From: Oscillibacter sp. MSJ-31
Lineage (GTDB): Bacteria; Bacteroidota; Bacteroidia; Bacteroidales; Bacteroidaceae
Direction of reading: 5' to 3'
Length of the DNA: 64,000 nt
Assembly: GCA_963651005.1 (NCBI GenBank)
Contig: CAVJNH010000003.1
Location: 778-64,777, forward strand
The position numbers and the translations under genes were made by a program. The notes beneath the pieces are model-generated. The model did not search any database, was not told the DNA's origin, and saw nothing but the letters and a program-made list of their open reading frames with translations. This document shows, piece by piece, positions 8,032 to 17,577 of this stretch; the stretch's first letter is position 1, and every line of letters starts with the position of its first letter.

Positions 8032-10002
8032 TTACGCATCAATGTTGGCGTAGGTGGCATTCTTCTCAATGAACTCGCGGCGCGGCTCCACGTCGTCGCC
8101 CATCAGCATGGAGAAGATCTCGTCGGCTTCGGCAGCATTTTCGATGGTCACCTGTTTCAGCAGACGGTTGGCGGGATTCATGGTGGTGTCCCAGAGTTGC
8201 TCGGCGTTCATCTCACCAAGACCTTTGTAGCGTTGCGTATGCAGGCTCTTGTCTTCATCGCGCCCGTCCACATACTTGTCGATGAAGGCCTGCCGCTGCT
8301 GCTCGGTGTAGCAGTATTCCGAAATCTTCTTGTAGGTGCACTTGTACAGGGGCGGCGTGGCAATATAGAGGTGGCCGCCCTGAATGACCTGCGGCATGAA
8401 GCGGTAGAACAGCGTCATGATAAGGGTGTCGATGTGGGAACCGTCGACATCGGCATCGGTCATGATGATAATCTTGTCGTAGCGCAGTTTGTCGATGTTG
8501 GCCTCGCGATCCCCTTCGCCGTCCACACCGAAGCGGACACCGATGCTCTGGATGATGTTCATCACGGACTCGGCCTCAAACACCCTGTGCCACTGCACTT
8601 TCTCCACATTGAGAATCTTACCACGCAACGGCAGGATGGCCTGGAAATGGCGGTCGCGACCCTGCTTGGCGGAACCGCCGGCAGAGTCTCCCTCGACCAG
8701 AAATATCTCGCACGCCTTCGGGTCTTTATTGGAGCAGTCGGCGAGCTTGCCGGGAAGACCGCCTCCCGTCATGGGATTCTTGCGTTGCACACTCTCACGG
8801 GCTTTACGCGCCGCGATGCGCGCCGTGGCGGCCAGCACCACCTTGTCGCAGATGAGCCGTGCCTCTTTCGGGTGTTCCTCCAGATAGTTGCTCAAGGCTT
8901 CGCCCACAGCCTGCTGCACGGCACCGGTCACCTCGGAGTTGCCGAGCTTGGTCTTGGTCTGTCCCTCAAACTGCGGCTCGGCCACCTTGATGGAAATGAC
9001 GGCGGTAAGACCCTCGCGGAAGTCCTCGCCCGCAATCTCAATCTTCGCCTTCTCTATCTGCTTCGAAATCTGCGCGTCAGCATCGGCATAAGCCTTCAAG
9101 GTACGGGTCAACGCCATACGGAAACCCGTCAGATGGGTACCGCCCTCGATGGTGTTGATGTTGTTGACATAGGAATGGATGTTCTCCGAATAGTCGGTGT
9201 TGTACATCACGGCCACCTCGATGGGCACGCCCTGCTTCTCGGTCTTCAGGTAAATCACGTCGTCGAAGAGATGGGTGCGGTGACGGTCCACGTAGCGCAC
9301 GAATTCCTTCAGACCGTCTTTGGCGTGAAACACCTCCTCCTTGGTCTTGCCCTCTTCGTCAGGACGCAGGTCGCGCAGTGTGATGGTAATGCCGGCATTG
9401 AGGTAGGCCAGCTCACGCATACGCTTGGCGATGATGTCATACTTATATACGGTGGTGGTGAAGATAGTGGGATCGGGCCAGAACTGCTGGCGCGTACCGG
9501 TCAGGTCGGTGTCGCCGACAATCTTCACGTCATAGAGAGGTTTGCCCTTCTCATATTCCTGCTGGTAGATGTGGCCGTTGCGGAACACCTGCGACATCAT
9601 GTGCGTGGAGAGCGCATTGACGCAACTCACGCCCACACCATGCAGACCACCGCTGACCTTGTAGCTGCCCTTGTCGAACTTTCCGCCCGCGTGAAGTACG
9701 GTCATCACCACTTCGAGTGCCGACTTGTGCATCTTCTCATGTTCATCTACAGGAATACCACGGCCATTGTCCTGCACCGTTATCGACCCGTCTTCGTTGA
9801 TGGTCACTTCGATGTGGGTGCAATAACCGGCCATCGCTTCGTCAATGGAGTTGTCCACGGTCTCGTTCACCAGATGGTGCAAGCCTTTCTCACTGATATC
9901 GCCGATGTACATCGCTGGGCGCTTGCGCACGGCCTCAAGTCCTTCGAGCACTTGGATGTTGCTCGCGGAGTAATTGTTCTCTGTCTTGATGTTTTCTGCC
10001 AT
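8032..10002 (-). CDS. gyrB: DNA gyrase subunit B
   Basis: LEGLEAVRKRPAMYIG, VEGDSAGG, DADVDG, RYKGLGEMN; start placed at MAENIK, downstream of TATCTTTG (10024-10031). Confidence 0.97.
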   Translation of the reverse strand: MAENIKTENNYSASNIQVLEGLEAVRKRPAMYIGDISEKGLHHLVNETVDNSIDEAMAGYCTHIEVTINEDGSITVQDNGRGIPVDEHEKMHKSALEVVMTVLHAGGKFDKGSYKVSGGLHGVGVSCVNALSTHMMSQVFRNGHIYQQEYEKGKPLYDVKIVGDTDLTGTRQQFWPDPTIFTTTVYKYDIIAKRMRELAYLNAGITITLRDLRPDEEGKTKEEVFHAKDGLKEFVRYVDRHRTHLFDDVIYLKTEKQGVPIEVAVMYNTDYSENIHSYVNNINTIEGGTHLTGFRMALTRTLKAYADADAQISKQIEKAKIEIAGEDFREGLTAVISIKVAEPQFEGQTKTKLGNSEVTGAVQQAVGEALSNYLEEHPKEARLICDKVVLAATARIAARKARESVQRKNPMTGGGLPGKLADCSNKDPKACEIFLVEGDSAGGSAKQGRDRHFQAILPLRGKILNVEKVQWHRVFEAESVMNIIQSIGVRFGVDGEGDREANIDKLRYDKIIIMTDADVDGSHIDTLIMTLFYRFMPQVIQGGHLYIATPPLYKCTYKKISEYCYTEQQRQAFIDKYVDGRDEDKSLHTQRYKGLGEMNAEQLWDTTMNPANRLLKQVTIENAAEADEIFSMLMGDDVEPRREFIEKNATYANIDA

Positions 10003-10072
10003 TTGTTTTTGCTTAACAGGTTGCAAAGATACGAAAAAACTGCGATTTAACCGAATGTTTTGGACATAAAAA

Positions 10073-10106
10073 TGAAGAAAGCCGCATCCTTTTTACAGTA
10101 TGCGAC
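10073..10106 (-). terminator. Probable intrinsic terminator after rpsT
   Basis: Minus-strand stem GTCGCAT/ATGCGGC followed by TTTCTTC. Confidence 0.5.
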
Positions 10107-10133
10107 CTTCCGGCATTATTATCAAAAATGTTT

Positions 10134-10388
10134 CTATCCGAGTTTGTTGACGTGCAAGGCAAGGCTTGACTTCAAGTTAGCGGCCTTGTTCTTGTGGATG
10201 ATGTGGCGCTTTACCAGTTTATCCAGCATTTTCTGCACACTGGGATACAACTTGGAAGCCTCATCCTTGTCGGTCATGGCACGCAGTTTACGCACTGCAT
10301 TGCGCATGGTCTTTGCATAATAACGGTTGTGCAGGGTCTTGGCCTTGTCCTGACGAATTCTCTTGAGAGATGACTTGTGATTTGCCAT
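10134..10388 (-). CDS. rpsT: 30S ribosomal protein S20
   Basis: [13 protein letters not shown]...[13 protein letters not shown], 84 aa. Confidence 0.97.
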   Translation of the reverse strand: MANHKSSLKRIRQDKAKTLHNRYYAKTMRNAVRKLRAMTDKDEASKLYPSVQKMLDKLVKRHIIHKNKAANLKSSLALHVNKLG

Positions 10389-10431
10389 TGTTGTTGAATT
10401 GTTTTGAATTGTTACTGTTGATTTAAAGCTT

Positions 10432-10546
10432 GTGGGTCTTGCGTCACAACGACTGCCCTGGGCGGTCTTGACCCGGATTGCTCCGGAGACCTCCGCCACC
10501 CTTTTCCGGTACTCCGGCTGTGCATCACTGCGCAGATGGCGGACTT
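10432..10546 (-). ncRNA. Candidate structured RNA between tRNA-Glu and rpsT
   Basis: GC-rich island with several nested stems and GNRA tetraloops (GUGA, GCAA) on the transcribed strand. Confidence 0.45.
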
Positions 10547-10550
10547 AAAC

Positions 10551-10625
10551 TGGTAGTCCCTAGGAGAGTCGAACTCCTCTTTAGAGAATGAAAATCTCTC
10601 GTCCTAACCGATAGACGAAGGGACC
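10551..10625 (-). tRNA. tRNA-Glu(TTC)
   Basis: GGTCCCT...AGGGACT-A-CCA acceptor stem, AGAGA-TTTTCAT-TCTCT anticodon arm, GTTCGAC T-loop. Confidence 0.96.
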
Positions 10626-10644
10626 ATGCGCCTTTTAGCGGGTG

Positions 10645-10675
10645 CAAAATTACAGTTAAATTTTTATTCTACAAA
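10645..10675 (-). promoter_or_regulatory. Promoter for tRNA-Glu/rpsT
   Basis: TTTG, 19-nt spacer, TAATTTTG on the minus strand. Confidence 0.75.
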
Positions 10676-10729
10676 ATTTTCTCCGATAAAAATGCGTTTT
10701 ATTCCTGTCTTTTTAGTAATTTCGCCCTC

Positions 10730-11455
10730 ATGATTGCAAAAACCGAAGCGATTGTGTTGCGCACTGTCAAGTATGGCGACCACAAAATCATCGTGGACAC
10801 GTTCACCAAAGAGGAGGGAAGGGTGTCGTTTGCCGTAGTGGTAAGCAGTTCCAACAAGGGAAAGATGAAGAAGCTGTATTTCCAGCCGATGACCTTACTG
10901 GAACTGGCCTGCGACATCCGACCGAACCGGCAGTTGCAAAACCTGAAGGAAGTGCGGCTGTTGGCTCCGGCCTCTTCCATCCCGCTCCATGCCGACAAGG
11001 TGGCCATCACGCTCTTTGTCGCAGAATTCCTTTGTTACAGCCTCCGCTCAGAGCAACGCAACACCGCACTGTTCGACTACATCTGCGACTCGTTGCAGTG
11101 GCTTGATGCGGCCGACGGAGGCTACGCCAATTTTCACTTGACCTTTCTGATGCGCATCTCACGCTTCCTGGGTTTCTATCCCAATCTGGAGAATTACCGT
11201 GAGGGGGATGTGTTTGATTTGAGAAGCAGTTGTTTCTCCGCAACAGTACCGACACACCATGACTTCATTGCCGGCAGCGATGCGGCCTTGCTACAGCAAC
11301 TCATGCGCATGAACTACGCCACGATGCGGCTGTTCCGTATGTCCCATGGGGAGCGGAACCGCATCACGGCAGTACTCCTCACCTACTACAAAATCCACAT
11401 CCCCGGCTTTCCCGAGCTGAAAAGTCTGGAAGTCCTGCAGCAGGTGTTCGACTGA
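10730..11455 (+). CDS. recO: DNA repair protein RecO
   Basis: AIVLRTVKYGD N-terminal OB fold, FQPMTLL, FPELKSLEVLQQVF C-terminus. Confidence 0.9.
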   Translation: MIAKTEAIVLRTVKYGDHKIIVDTFTKEEGRVSFAVVVSSSNKGKMKKLYFQPMTLLELACDIRPNRQLQNLKEVRLLAPASSIPLHADKVAITLFVAEFLCYSLRSEQRNTALFDYICDSLQWLDAADGGYANFHLTFLMRISRFLGFYPNLENYREGDVFDLRSSCFSATVPTHHDFIAGSDAALLQQLMRMNYATMRLFRMSHGERNRITAVLLTYYKIHIPGFPELKSLEVLQQVFD

Positions 11456-11502
11456 CGGATTTCCCAAGGAGAAGCCATACCGGCCACACCGACTCGCGCT
11501 CC

Positions 11503-12813
11503 CTATGCGAACACGATGGTTCCCTGAAGGTCTTCCTTAGACGGTTCGTCAGACGATTCTACCCGACCGTTGGCTTGGTTGCGGATGTTCTCCAAGGTTT
11601 CCCGGGTGCGCTTGTAGGTCGGGCTCTGTTCCACGGCAGAGATGACGTTTTCATTGTCCAGGTCTTCAGAACTGAACTGATAAATATGCGGCCGGCGACG
11701 ATAACGGTTCTTGATCTGCGTGTCGCGGTAGAAACGGGCTATGCGCTCCTCTTTCTTTGCCGCCTCTTCGATGGCCCGGGAGTCTTCCTGAGTGAGGTGG
11801 CGCTTGATGTGGTTGTCCATGCCTTCCACGTGCTCCACGCCAAAACCAGTTGCAAGAATCGTGACCTTCACTTTCTTGTCCAGTTCCGGATTGATGGCCA
11901 GTCCCCATTTGATTTCAAAGTCGCCAAACTTTGCCATGAACTCATTGACATCGCCCATTTCTTCCATCATCAGGCCGTCCTCGCCGTTCTTCCCACCGGC
12001 AAAAGTGATGTTGAGCAGGATTTTCTTGGAGTTGAACACGTCTTTCTCGTTGAGCAACGGTGAATTGATGGCAGCCTCTATGGCTTTCTTCACGCGGCCT
12101 TCGCCTTCGCCGTAACCGGTGGACATGATGGCCACGCCGCCGTCTTTCAGCACGGTCTTCACATCATTGAAATCCAGATTGATGAGACCATGTTCCGTTA
12201 TGATTTCCGAGATGGATTTGGCAGCAACGGAGAGGGTGTCGTCGGCCTTGCCGAACGCGCTCTGCACGGAAAGGTCGGGATAAATCTCGCGCAGGCGGTC
12301 GTTGTTGATGACCAACAAAGCATCCACATGCTTAGCCATCTCTTCCACGCCATCGAGTGCCTGATTGATTTTCTGGACTCCCTCCCAACGGAAGGGAATG
12401 GTGACAATACCCACCGTCAGGATGCCCATCTCTTTCGAGATGCGCGCAATGACCGGGGCAGCTCCTGTTCCTGTACCACCGCCCATTCCTGCCGTGATGA
12501 AGGCCATACGCGTGCCGTCGTCAAGCATCCGTTTGATGTCCTCGGCACTCTCTTCTGCCGCTTTCCGGGCTTTCTCTGGTTTGTTGCCTGCACCAAGTCC
12601 CTCCTTGCCCAACTGCAAATGAACCGGAACAGGAGAGTCGTTGAGTGCCTGATTATCCGTATTACAAAGCACAAAGCTCACATCGTGGATGCCTTTCCGA
12701 TACATGTGGTTGACGGCATTGCCGCCACCGCCACCAACACCGATAACCTTGATGATACTGTTTTCCTTGTCGAGGTCACCGAAATCCAATATATTGTTTG
12801 TTTCGCTCATCAT
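11503..12813 (-). CDS. ftsZ: Cell division protein FtsZ
   Basis: IKVIGVGGGGGNAV, GMGGGTGTG, INLDFNDV. Confidence 0.97.
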   Translation of the reverse strand: MMSETNNILDFGDLDKENSIIKVIGVGGGGGNAVNHMYRKGIHDVSFVLCNTDNQALNDSPVPVHLQLGKEGLGAGNKPEKARKAAEESAEDIKRMLDDGTRMAFITAGMGGGTGTGAAPVIARISKEMGILTVGIVTIPFRWEGVQKINQALDGVEEMAKHVDALLVINNDRLREIYPDLSVQSAFGKADDTLSVAAKSISEIITEHGLINLDFNDVKTVLKDGGVAIMSTGYGEGEGRVKKAIEAAINSPLLNEKDVFNSKKILLNITFAGGKNGEDGLMMEEMGDVNEFMAKFGDFEIKWGLAINPELDKKVKVTILATGFGVEHVEGMDNHIKRHLTQEDSRAIEEAAKKEERIARFYRDTQIKNRYRRRPHIYQFSSEDLDNENVISAVEQSPTYKRTRETLENIRNQANGRVESSDEPSKEDLQGTIVFA

Positions 12814-12838
12814 ATAATCTTCCGTTTTTTGTTTAGAC

Positions 12839-14290
12839 TTATTCCTCTTCCTGTGTAAACTCCTTACCGACCTTCTTCAACCAGCTTACCATCTTGTTGG
12901 CGAGACTGTTCTTTCTGCGCTCTTCCGCTTCTTTTCGGGCTTTCTCTTCTTCCTCCAGCCGCTTGGCCGCGTCGGCTTCCTCTTTCTTCTTGCGCGCCAA
13001 GTCACTGGCCAACTGCTTCTCTTCTGTGGTCTGTACGACTCCCGGTGGTATTGCAACGCCTGTACGCACCGGACGGGGAATGCCTGTGTCGGGAGGCGTT
13101 TCCCTTCCTGCTGCGTTGTCAAACAGGTCGTTCTCGGCAAGATCTCTCCCGGCACAATTCATGTCTCCTTTAGCCAATATGCCGAGCACGGTATTCATGC
13201 GCGCATCCTTGGCCGTTATTTCGGGTTGGTTGCCGATAATGGTCAGATTGACGAACTTGGCCACACGGACCTTCTCTATATGAGTGTAGTTGGCAAATGC
13301 CTTCTCAATATGCTTCATATTGGAACCACCACCCGTGAGAATGATGCCGCCCAACAGTTTATCGCAATATTCTTCAGGAATCTGACACCATACATTGGCG
13401 ACAATTTCCTCCACGCGCCCCTCGACAATCTCAATGAACTTGCTGCTGTCCACCTGACGGTCAGCGTCAATGGGATATTTTTTCTCGCTGTCAATCTCGC
13501 TGATTTCCGTAAAGGCCGAAGCGTATTCCAACTTCATCTTCTCGGCATCGCTTTCCTCCATCTGCAATGAGGCAATGTCCTTGGTGATGTTGTTGCCGCC
13601 CAACGGAATGACTGCCAGATGACGGAGCACATTTTTCCAATACACGCTGACGGTGGTAGTGTCGGCGCCCAGGTCAACCAGGGCGCACCCCGAGCGTTTC
13701 TCCGTCTCGGTAAGCACGCTGTCTGCCAGTGCCAATGGTGCAAGGAACAGGTCGGCCACCGTAATCTTGGCCGTCGTGAAACACAGATTCAGGTTGTTGT
13801 TGAGGGTCTTGCGCTGGAGAATGTTCAAGAAGTTCCCTTCAATATGGCTACAGGGGATTCCCACGGGATCCAGTTGGTTCTGCGTATCGACCCTATATTC
13901 CTGAACGGCCACATCAATGGTCTCCAAATCAGGATATTCCATATTACGGTTGGCATCCAGAAGATCATTGATCATGGACTCTGTCACTACGGTATCAGCT
14001 GGCAGGTCTTTGGTAATGACATTATGTACGGATCGGATGGACTGACCGCCCACACCGACATAAACACATTTGACACTGGTCTTCAGCTGTTTCTCCAGTT
14101 TGCTGACAATGTTGACAAGGCACTGCGCCGTCTTGTCTATATTGTTAACATAACCCTTTCTGATGAAGGACGACGAATCTTCCTTCACCACGGCCAGCAA
14201 CTGTATGCTGCCGTCCAGGTTCTTCTTTCCTGCGACACCAGTCATCTTGGATGAGCCGAGTTCGATAGCGACAATAAAATCTTTTGGCAT
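12839..14290 (-). CDS. ftsA: Cell division protein FtsA
   Basis: IELGSSK, VDLGADTT, ILTGGGS actin-like motifs; C-terminal amphipathic helix. Confidence 0.93.
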   Translation of the reverse strand: MPKDFIVAIELGSSKMTGVAGKKNLDGSIQLLAVVKEDSSSFIRKGYVNNIDKTAQCLVNIVSKLEKQLKTSVKCVYVGVGGQSIRSVHNVITKDLPADTVVTESMINDLLDANRNMEYPDLETIDVAVQEYRVDTQNQLDPVGIPCSHIEGNFLNILQRKTLNNNLNLCFTTAKITVADLFLAPLALADSVLTETEKRSGCALVDLGADTTTVSVYWKNVLRHLAVIPLGGNNITKDIASLQMEESDAEKMKLEYASAFTEISEIDSEKKYPIDADRQVDSSKFIEIVEGRVEEIVANVWCQIPEEYCDKLLGGIILTGGGSNMKHIEKAFANYTHIEKVRVAKFVNLTIIGNQPEITAKDARMNTVLGILAKGDMNCAGRDLAENDLFDNAAGRETPPDTGIPRPVRTGVAIPPGVVQTTEEKQLASDLARKKKEEADAAKRLEEEEKARKEAEERRKNSLANKMVSWLKKVGKEFTQEEE

Positions 14291-14304
14291 CTCTGTATCT
14301 GTAT

Positions 14305-15063
14305 TTATGGTTTTCTTGTTTCTCTTTTCTTGCAGATAATCTGGTTGTTATACTCCAGATTGATGTAGGAGTATTTGTTCCATCCGGCCACATTCAATCC
14401 GTAGCGGTAGAACTTCTCTAAGCGCGTGAGCTTCTGTGGGATGTCGATGGGAGACCCCAGATAAACGATGTGGTCACCTACCCGCGGCACCAGCTCCATG
14501 CTGCCGTCATGCAACACGTTGACCTGCTCTATCTGGCTGTTCCAGAAACGGTTCCGTGCCAAATCTTTGCCGACAGGAGCCAGTATCTTTTTTGCATAAT
14601 GACGGTTGATGTAGCCTGTGGCAACGACGAGGTCGCTGGTGTAGCGTGTACTGGACATCGCATTGCCTTCCTCGTCAAGATAGTAATCGTCGCCGTTCAC
14701 GGCCTTGACATGGATTACGGGCAACCGTTGGGTAAGCAGAATGATGACCTTACCGCCCTGCGTCTTGTAGCATTGCGCTTCCTTTACGAAAGGACTGCGC
14801 AGCAGGGACTCTTCGATGTTGCGCACATTCACCTGCGACAAGGGTTGCCCCAAAGGGTACAGCTTGTTGTTTTTCAACTGTGATTCAATCTCTGCATCAC
14901 CAAGGAAGCCATTCACCAGACCGTCGGCGATGCGGATATCCACACGAGTGCACACTGCATCCTGCCCCTCAGGTTTATTGAAAACCGTGACGGCCAGAAG
15001 CAGATAGACAGCCAGTGCAGCATCTATCACGACGATGGTGGATTTCTTCCAGTTGACATTCAT
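14305..15063 (-). CDS. ftsQ: Cell division protein FtsQ
   Basis: N-terminal TM plus POTRA-like region; sits between murC and ftsA. Confidence 0.85.
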   Translation of the reverse strand: MNVNWKKSTIVVIDAALAVYLLLAVTVFNKPEGQDAVCTRVDIRIADGLVNGFLGDAEIESQLKNNKLYPLGQPLSQVNVRNIEESLLRSPFVKEAQCYKTQGGKVIILLTQRLPVIHVKAVNGDDYYLDEEGNAMSSTRYTSDLVVATGYINRHYAKKILAPVGKDLARNRFWNSQIEQVNVLHDGSMELVPRVGDHIVYLGSPIDIPQKLTRLEKFYRYGLNVAGWNKYSYINLEYNNQIICKKRETRKP

Positions 15064-16436
15064 AGCTTTTCCTTTAGGATTCTGGTGATTTGCGGCACCA
15101 AGTTGTCGAGGTCGCCGGCACCGAGCACGATGAGTACGTCAAACGAATGGTCTTCAACATACTGGAGCACATCGGCTTTGGCTATCATGCGCTTTTCTAC
15201 GCCAGGACGCAGATGGTCATAGATGAGTTTCGATGTGACACCCTCAATGGGCAGTTCGCGGGCGGGATAAATCTCGGTGAGGATTACCTCGTCCAACAAA
15301 CTCAGTGCATCGGCGAAATCCCGATAGAAGTCTCTTGTACGGGTGTAGAGATGCGGCTGGAAGATGGCCGTAATCTTCCGGTCGCGGTACAGTTCGCGGA
15401 TACTCTTTGCACTCTGGTAAATCTCTTTGGGATGGTGGGCATAGTCGCTGAGGAAAACGATCTTGTCGTTCTTCAACTTGAAGTCGAAACGGCGTTCCAC
15501 ACCATTGTAGGTCTGCATTCCATAGCGCAGTTCTTCGGCTGTACATCCGGCCAACTGAGCCATGGCCATCGCAGCCACACCATTCTCGATATTGATGGGT
15601 ACGGGCTGTCCGAGCCGCACGTCCTTCAGACACTCGATGGGTGAGATGAAATCGAAGGTGATTTCGCCGTCGGCAATACGGATATTCTCTGCATGGAAAT
15701 CGCCTTCATGAAGGGCATAGTCATACCGGTGGACTCTCTGCTGGATGTTTTCCTGCATCTCCAACCCACGATGGATAATCAGATTTCCTCCGGGTTGTAT
15801 CAACTCGGTGTAATGACGGAAACTTTCCAGATAGGCTTCCTTTGTTCCGTAGATGTCCAGATGGTCCGGGTCTGTGGAGGTGATGACGGTCATCCATGGA
15901 CTCAACCAATGGAAGGATCGGTCAAACTCATCAGCTTCTATCACCACATAGTCGGAGGCCGACAGAATGTAGTTGGTGCCGTAGTTCTTGGAGATGCCGC
16001 CCAAAAAGGCGTTGCAGTCCAAATGGCTTTGGTGCAGAATATGGGCGCACATGGTCGATGTGGTGGTCTTTCCATGAGTGCCTGCCACACAAAGTCCCTT
16101 GTGCTGGCGAGTGAGCGTGCCGAGCACCTGCGCACGCTTTTCCACACAGAAACCGTTTTGAAGGAAATACTGCAACTCCTTGTGTTCCGCAGGAATGGCC
16201 GGAGTATAAACCACCAGACAAGACTGCGGTTGCTTACAGGCATAAGGGATTTCGTCCACCTGCTCTTCATAATGGATGAGCATGCCTTCGTTCTCCAACT
16301 GCCGTGTCAGCGCACTGGGTGTCTTGTCGTAACCGGCAACAACCAGCCCACGATGAATGAAATACCGGGCAATGGCACTCATGCCGATACCACCTGCTCC
16401 GATAAAATATACGGCCTTGATATTTTTACTTTCCAT
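15060..16436 (-). CDS. murC: UDP-N-acetylmuramate--L-alanine ligase
   Basis: FIGAGGIGMS, GTHGKTTT, EADEFDRSF, DYAHHP. Confidence 0.96.
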   Translation of the reverse strand: MESKNIKAVYFIGAGGIGMSAIARYFIHRGLVVAGYDKTPSALTRQLENEGMLIHYEEQVDEIPYACKQPQSCLVVYTPAIPAEHKELQYFLQNGFCVEKRAQVLGTLTRQHKGLCVAGTHGKTTTSTMCAHILHQSHLDCNAFLGGISKNYGTNYILSASDYVVIEADEFDRSFHWLSPWMTVITSTDPDHLDIYGTKEAYLESFRHYTELIQPGGNLIIHRGLEMQENIQQRVHRYDYALHEGDFHAENIRIADGEITFDFISPIECLKDVRLGQPVPINIENGVAAMAMAQLAGCTAEELRYGMQTYNGVERRFDFKLKNDKIVFLSDYAHHPKEIYQSAKSIRELYRDRKITAIFQPHLYTRTRDFYRDFADALSLLDEVILTEIYPARELPIEGVTSKLIYDHLRPGVEKRMIAKADVLQYVEDHSFDVLIVLGAGDLDNLVPQITRILKEKL

Positions 16437-17541
16437 GATTTGCCAATCTAATCACTTCTCTTGCTATGATTTCTGCCGAATCGGGCAGAGCGAGTCTCAA
16501 TATATTTTCTTTGAGAGAGGCCAGTTTGTCTGCATCCTTCACCGTTTCGACGGCCAGAGACAGCAGCTTGTCGACGGCCTCAGCATCCTTGACATAGAGT
16601 GCCGCATGGACATTGACGAGGGCCATGGCGTTCTTGGTTTGGTGGTCTTCTGCCACATTGGGGCTTGGAACGAGAATGACAGGTTTCCCGACAAGACAGA
16701 ATTCAGAAATGCTGCCGGCTCCTGCGCGGCTGACCACCAGGTCGGCTGCCTTATAGGCCACGCCCATGTCACTGATAAAATCAGTAGCCACAAGGTTTTC
16801 GGGCTTTCCCTCGCGCGCCAATGCCTCCATGATGGCCGTATGGTAGTATTTACCGGTCTGCCAGATGAACTGTACACCGCTCTGCTGTACGAGGTCGAGA
16901 TGCTGCATGACACTGTCGTTGATTGTGCGTGCACCCAGGCTGCCACCCACAATCAAAATGGTTTTTCGTTTGGCATTCAAGCCAAACGAACGCACGGCCT
17001 CTTCACGTGAGATGGTGGTACTGAGGAGCGACTGGCGTACTGGATTGCCCGTCTTCACAATTTTTTCCGCAGGGAAGAAACGTTCCATGTGGTCATAAGC
17101 CACACAGATTTTATCGGCTTTCTTGGCCAACAGTTTGTTGGTGACCCCAGCGTAAGAGTTCTGTTCCTGAATCAGACAGGGGATGCCCATCGCTGCTGCC
17201 GTATTGAGCGTAGGACCACTGGCATAGCCGCCCACCCCTACCGCCACCTGCGGTTTGAAGTCGCGAATGATACGTTTGGCCATACGTTGGCTCTTCCATA
17301 TCTTATAGAGCACTTTCACATTTCTCCACAAGTGTTTGCGGTCGAAACCGCAGATGGGCAGACCCTTGATGTCGTAGCCGGCAGCCGGCACACGCTGCAT
17401 TTCCATCCGCCCTAATGCTCCGACAAACAGAATTTCCGCGTCCGGGCATATCGCCTTCACGGCATTGGCAATAGACACCGCCGGGAAGATGTGCCCTCCC
17501 GTGCCACCGCCACTGATAATCACCCTTAAAACCTGTTCCAT
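16426..17541 (-). CDS. murG: Lipid II GlcNAc transferase
   Basis: GGGTGGHIFP, GNPVR, GGSLGA, HQTKNA. Confidence 0.96.
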   Translation of the reverse strand: MEQVLRVIISGGGTGGHIFPAVSIANAVKAICPDAEILFVGALGRMEMQRVPAAGYDIKGLPICGFDRKHLWRNVKVLYKIWKSQRMAKRIIRDFKPQVAVGVGGYASGPTLNTAAAMGIPCLIQEQNSYAGVTNKLLAKKADKICVAYDHMERFFPAEKIVKTGNPVRQSLLSTTISREEAVRSFGLNAKRKTILIVGGSLGARTINDSVMQHLDLVQQSGVQFIWQTGKYYHTAIMEALAREGKPENLVATDFISDMGVAYKAADLVVSRAGAGSISEFCLVGKPVILVPSPNVAEDHQTKNAMALVNVHAALYVKDAEAVDKLLSLAVETVKDADKLASLKENILRLALPDSAEIIAREVIRLANHGK

Positions 17542-17564
17542 ACCTTATTTTATATAGTATTTTG

Positions 17565-17572
17565 CAAAATTA
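17565..17572 (-). promoter_or_regulatory. Possible internal dcw promoter (-7 box) upstream of murG
   Basis: TAATTTTG in the AT-rich ftsW-murG gap. Confidence 0.5.
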
Positions 17573-17577
17573 CGATA

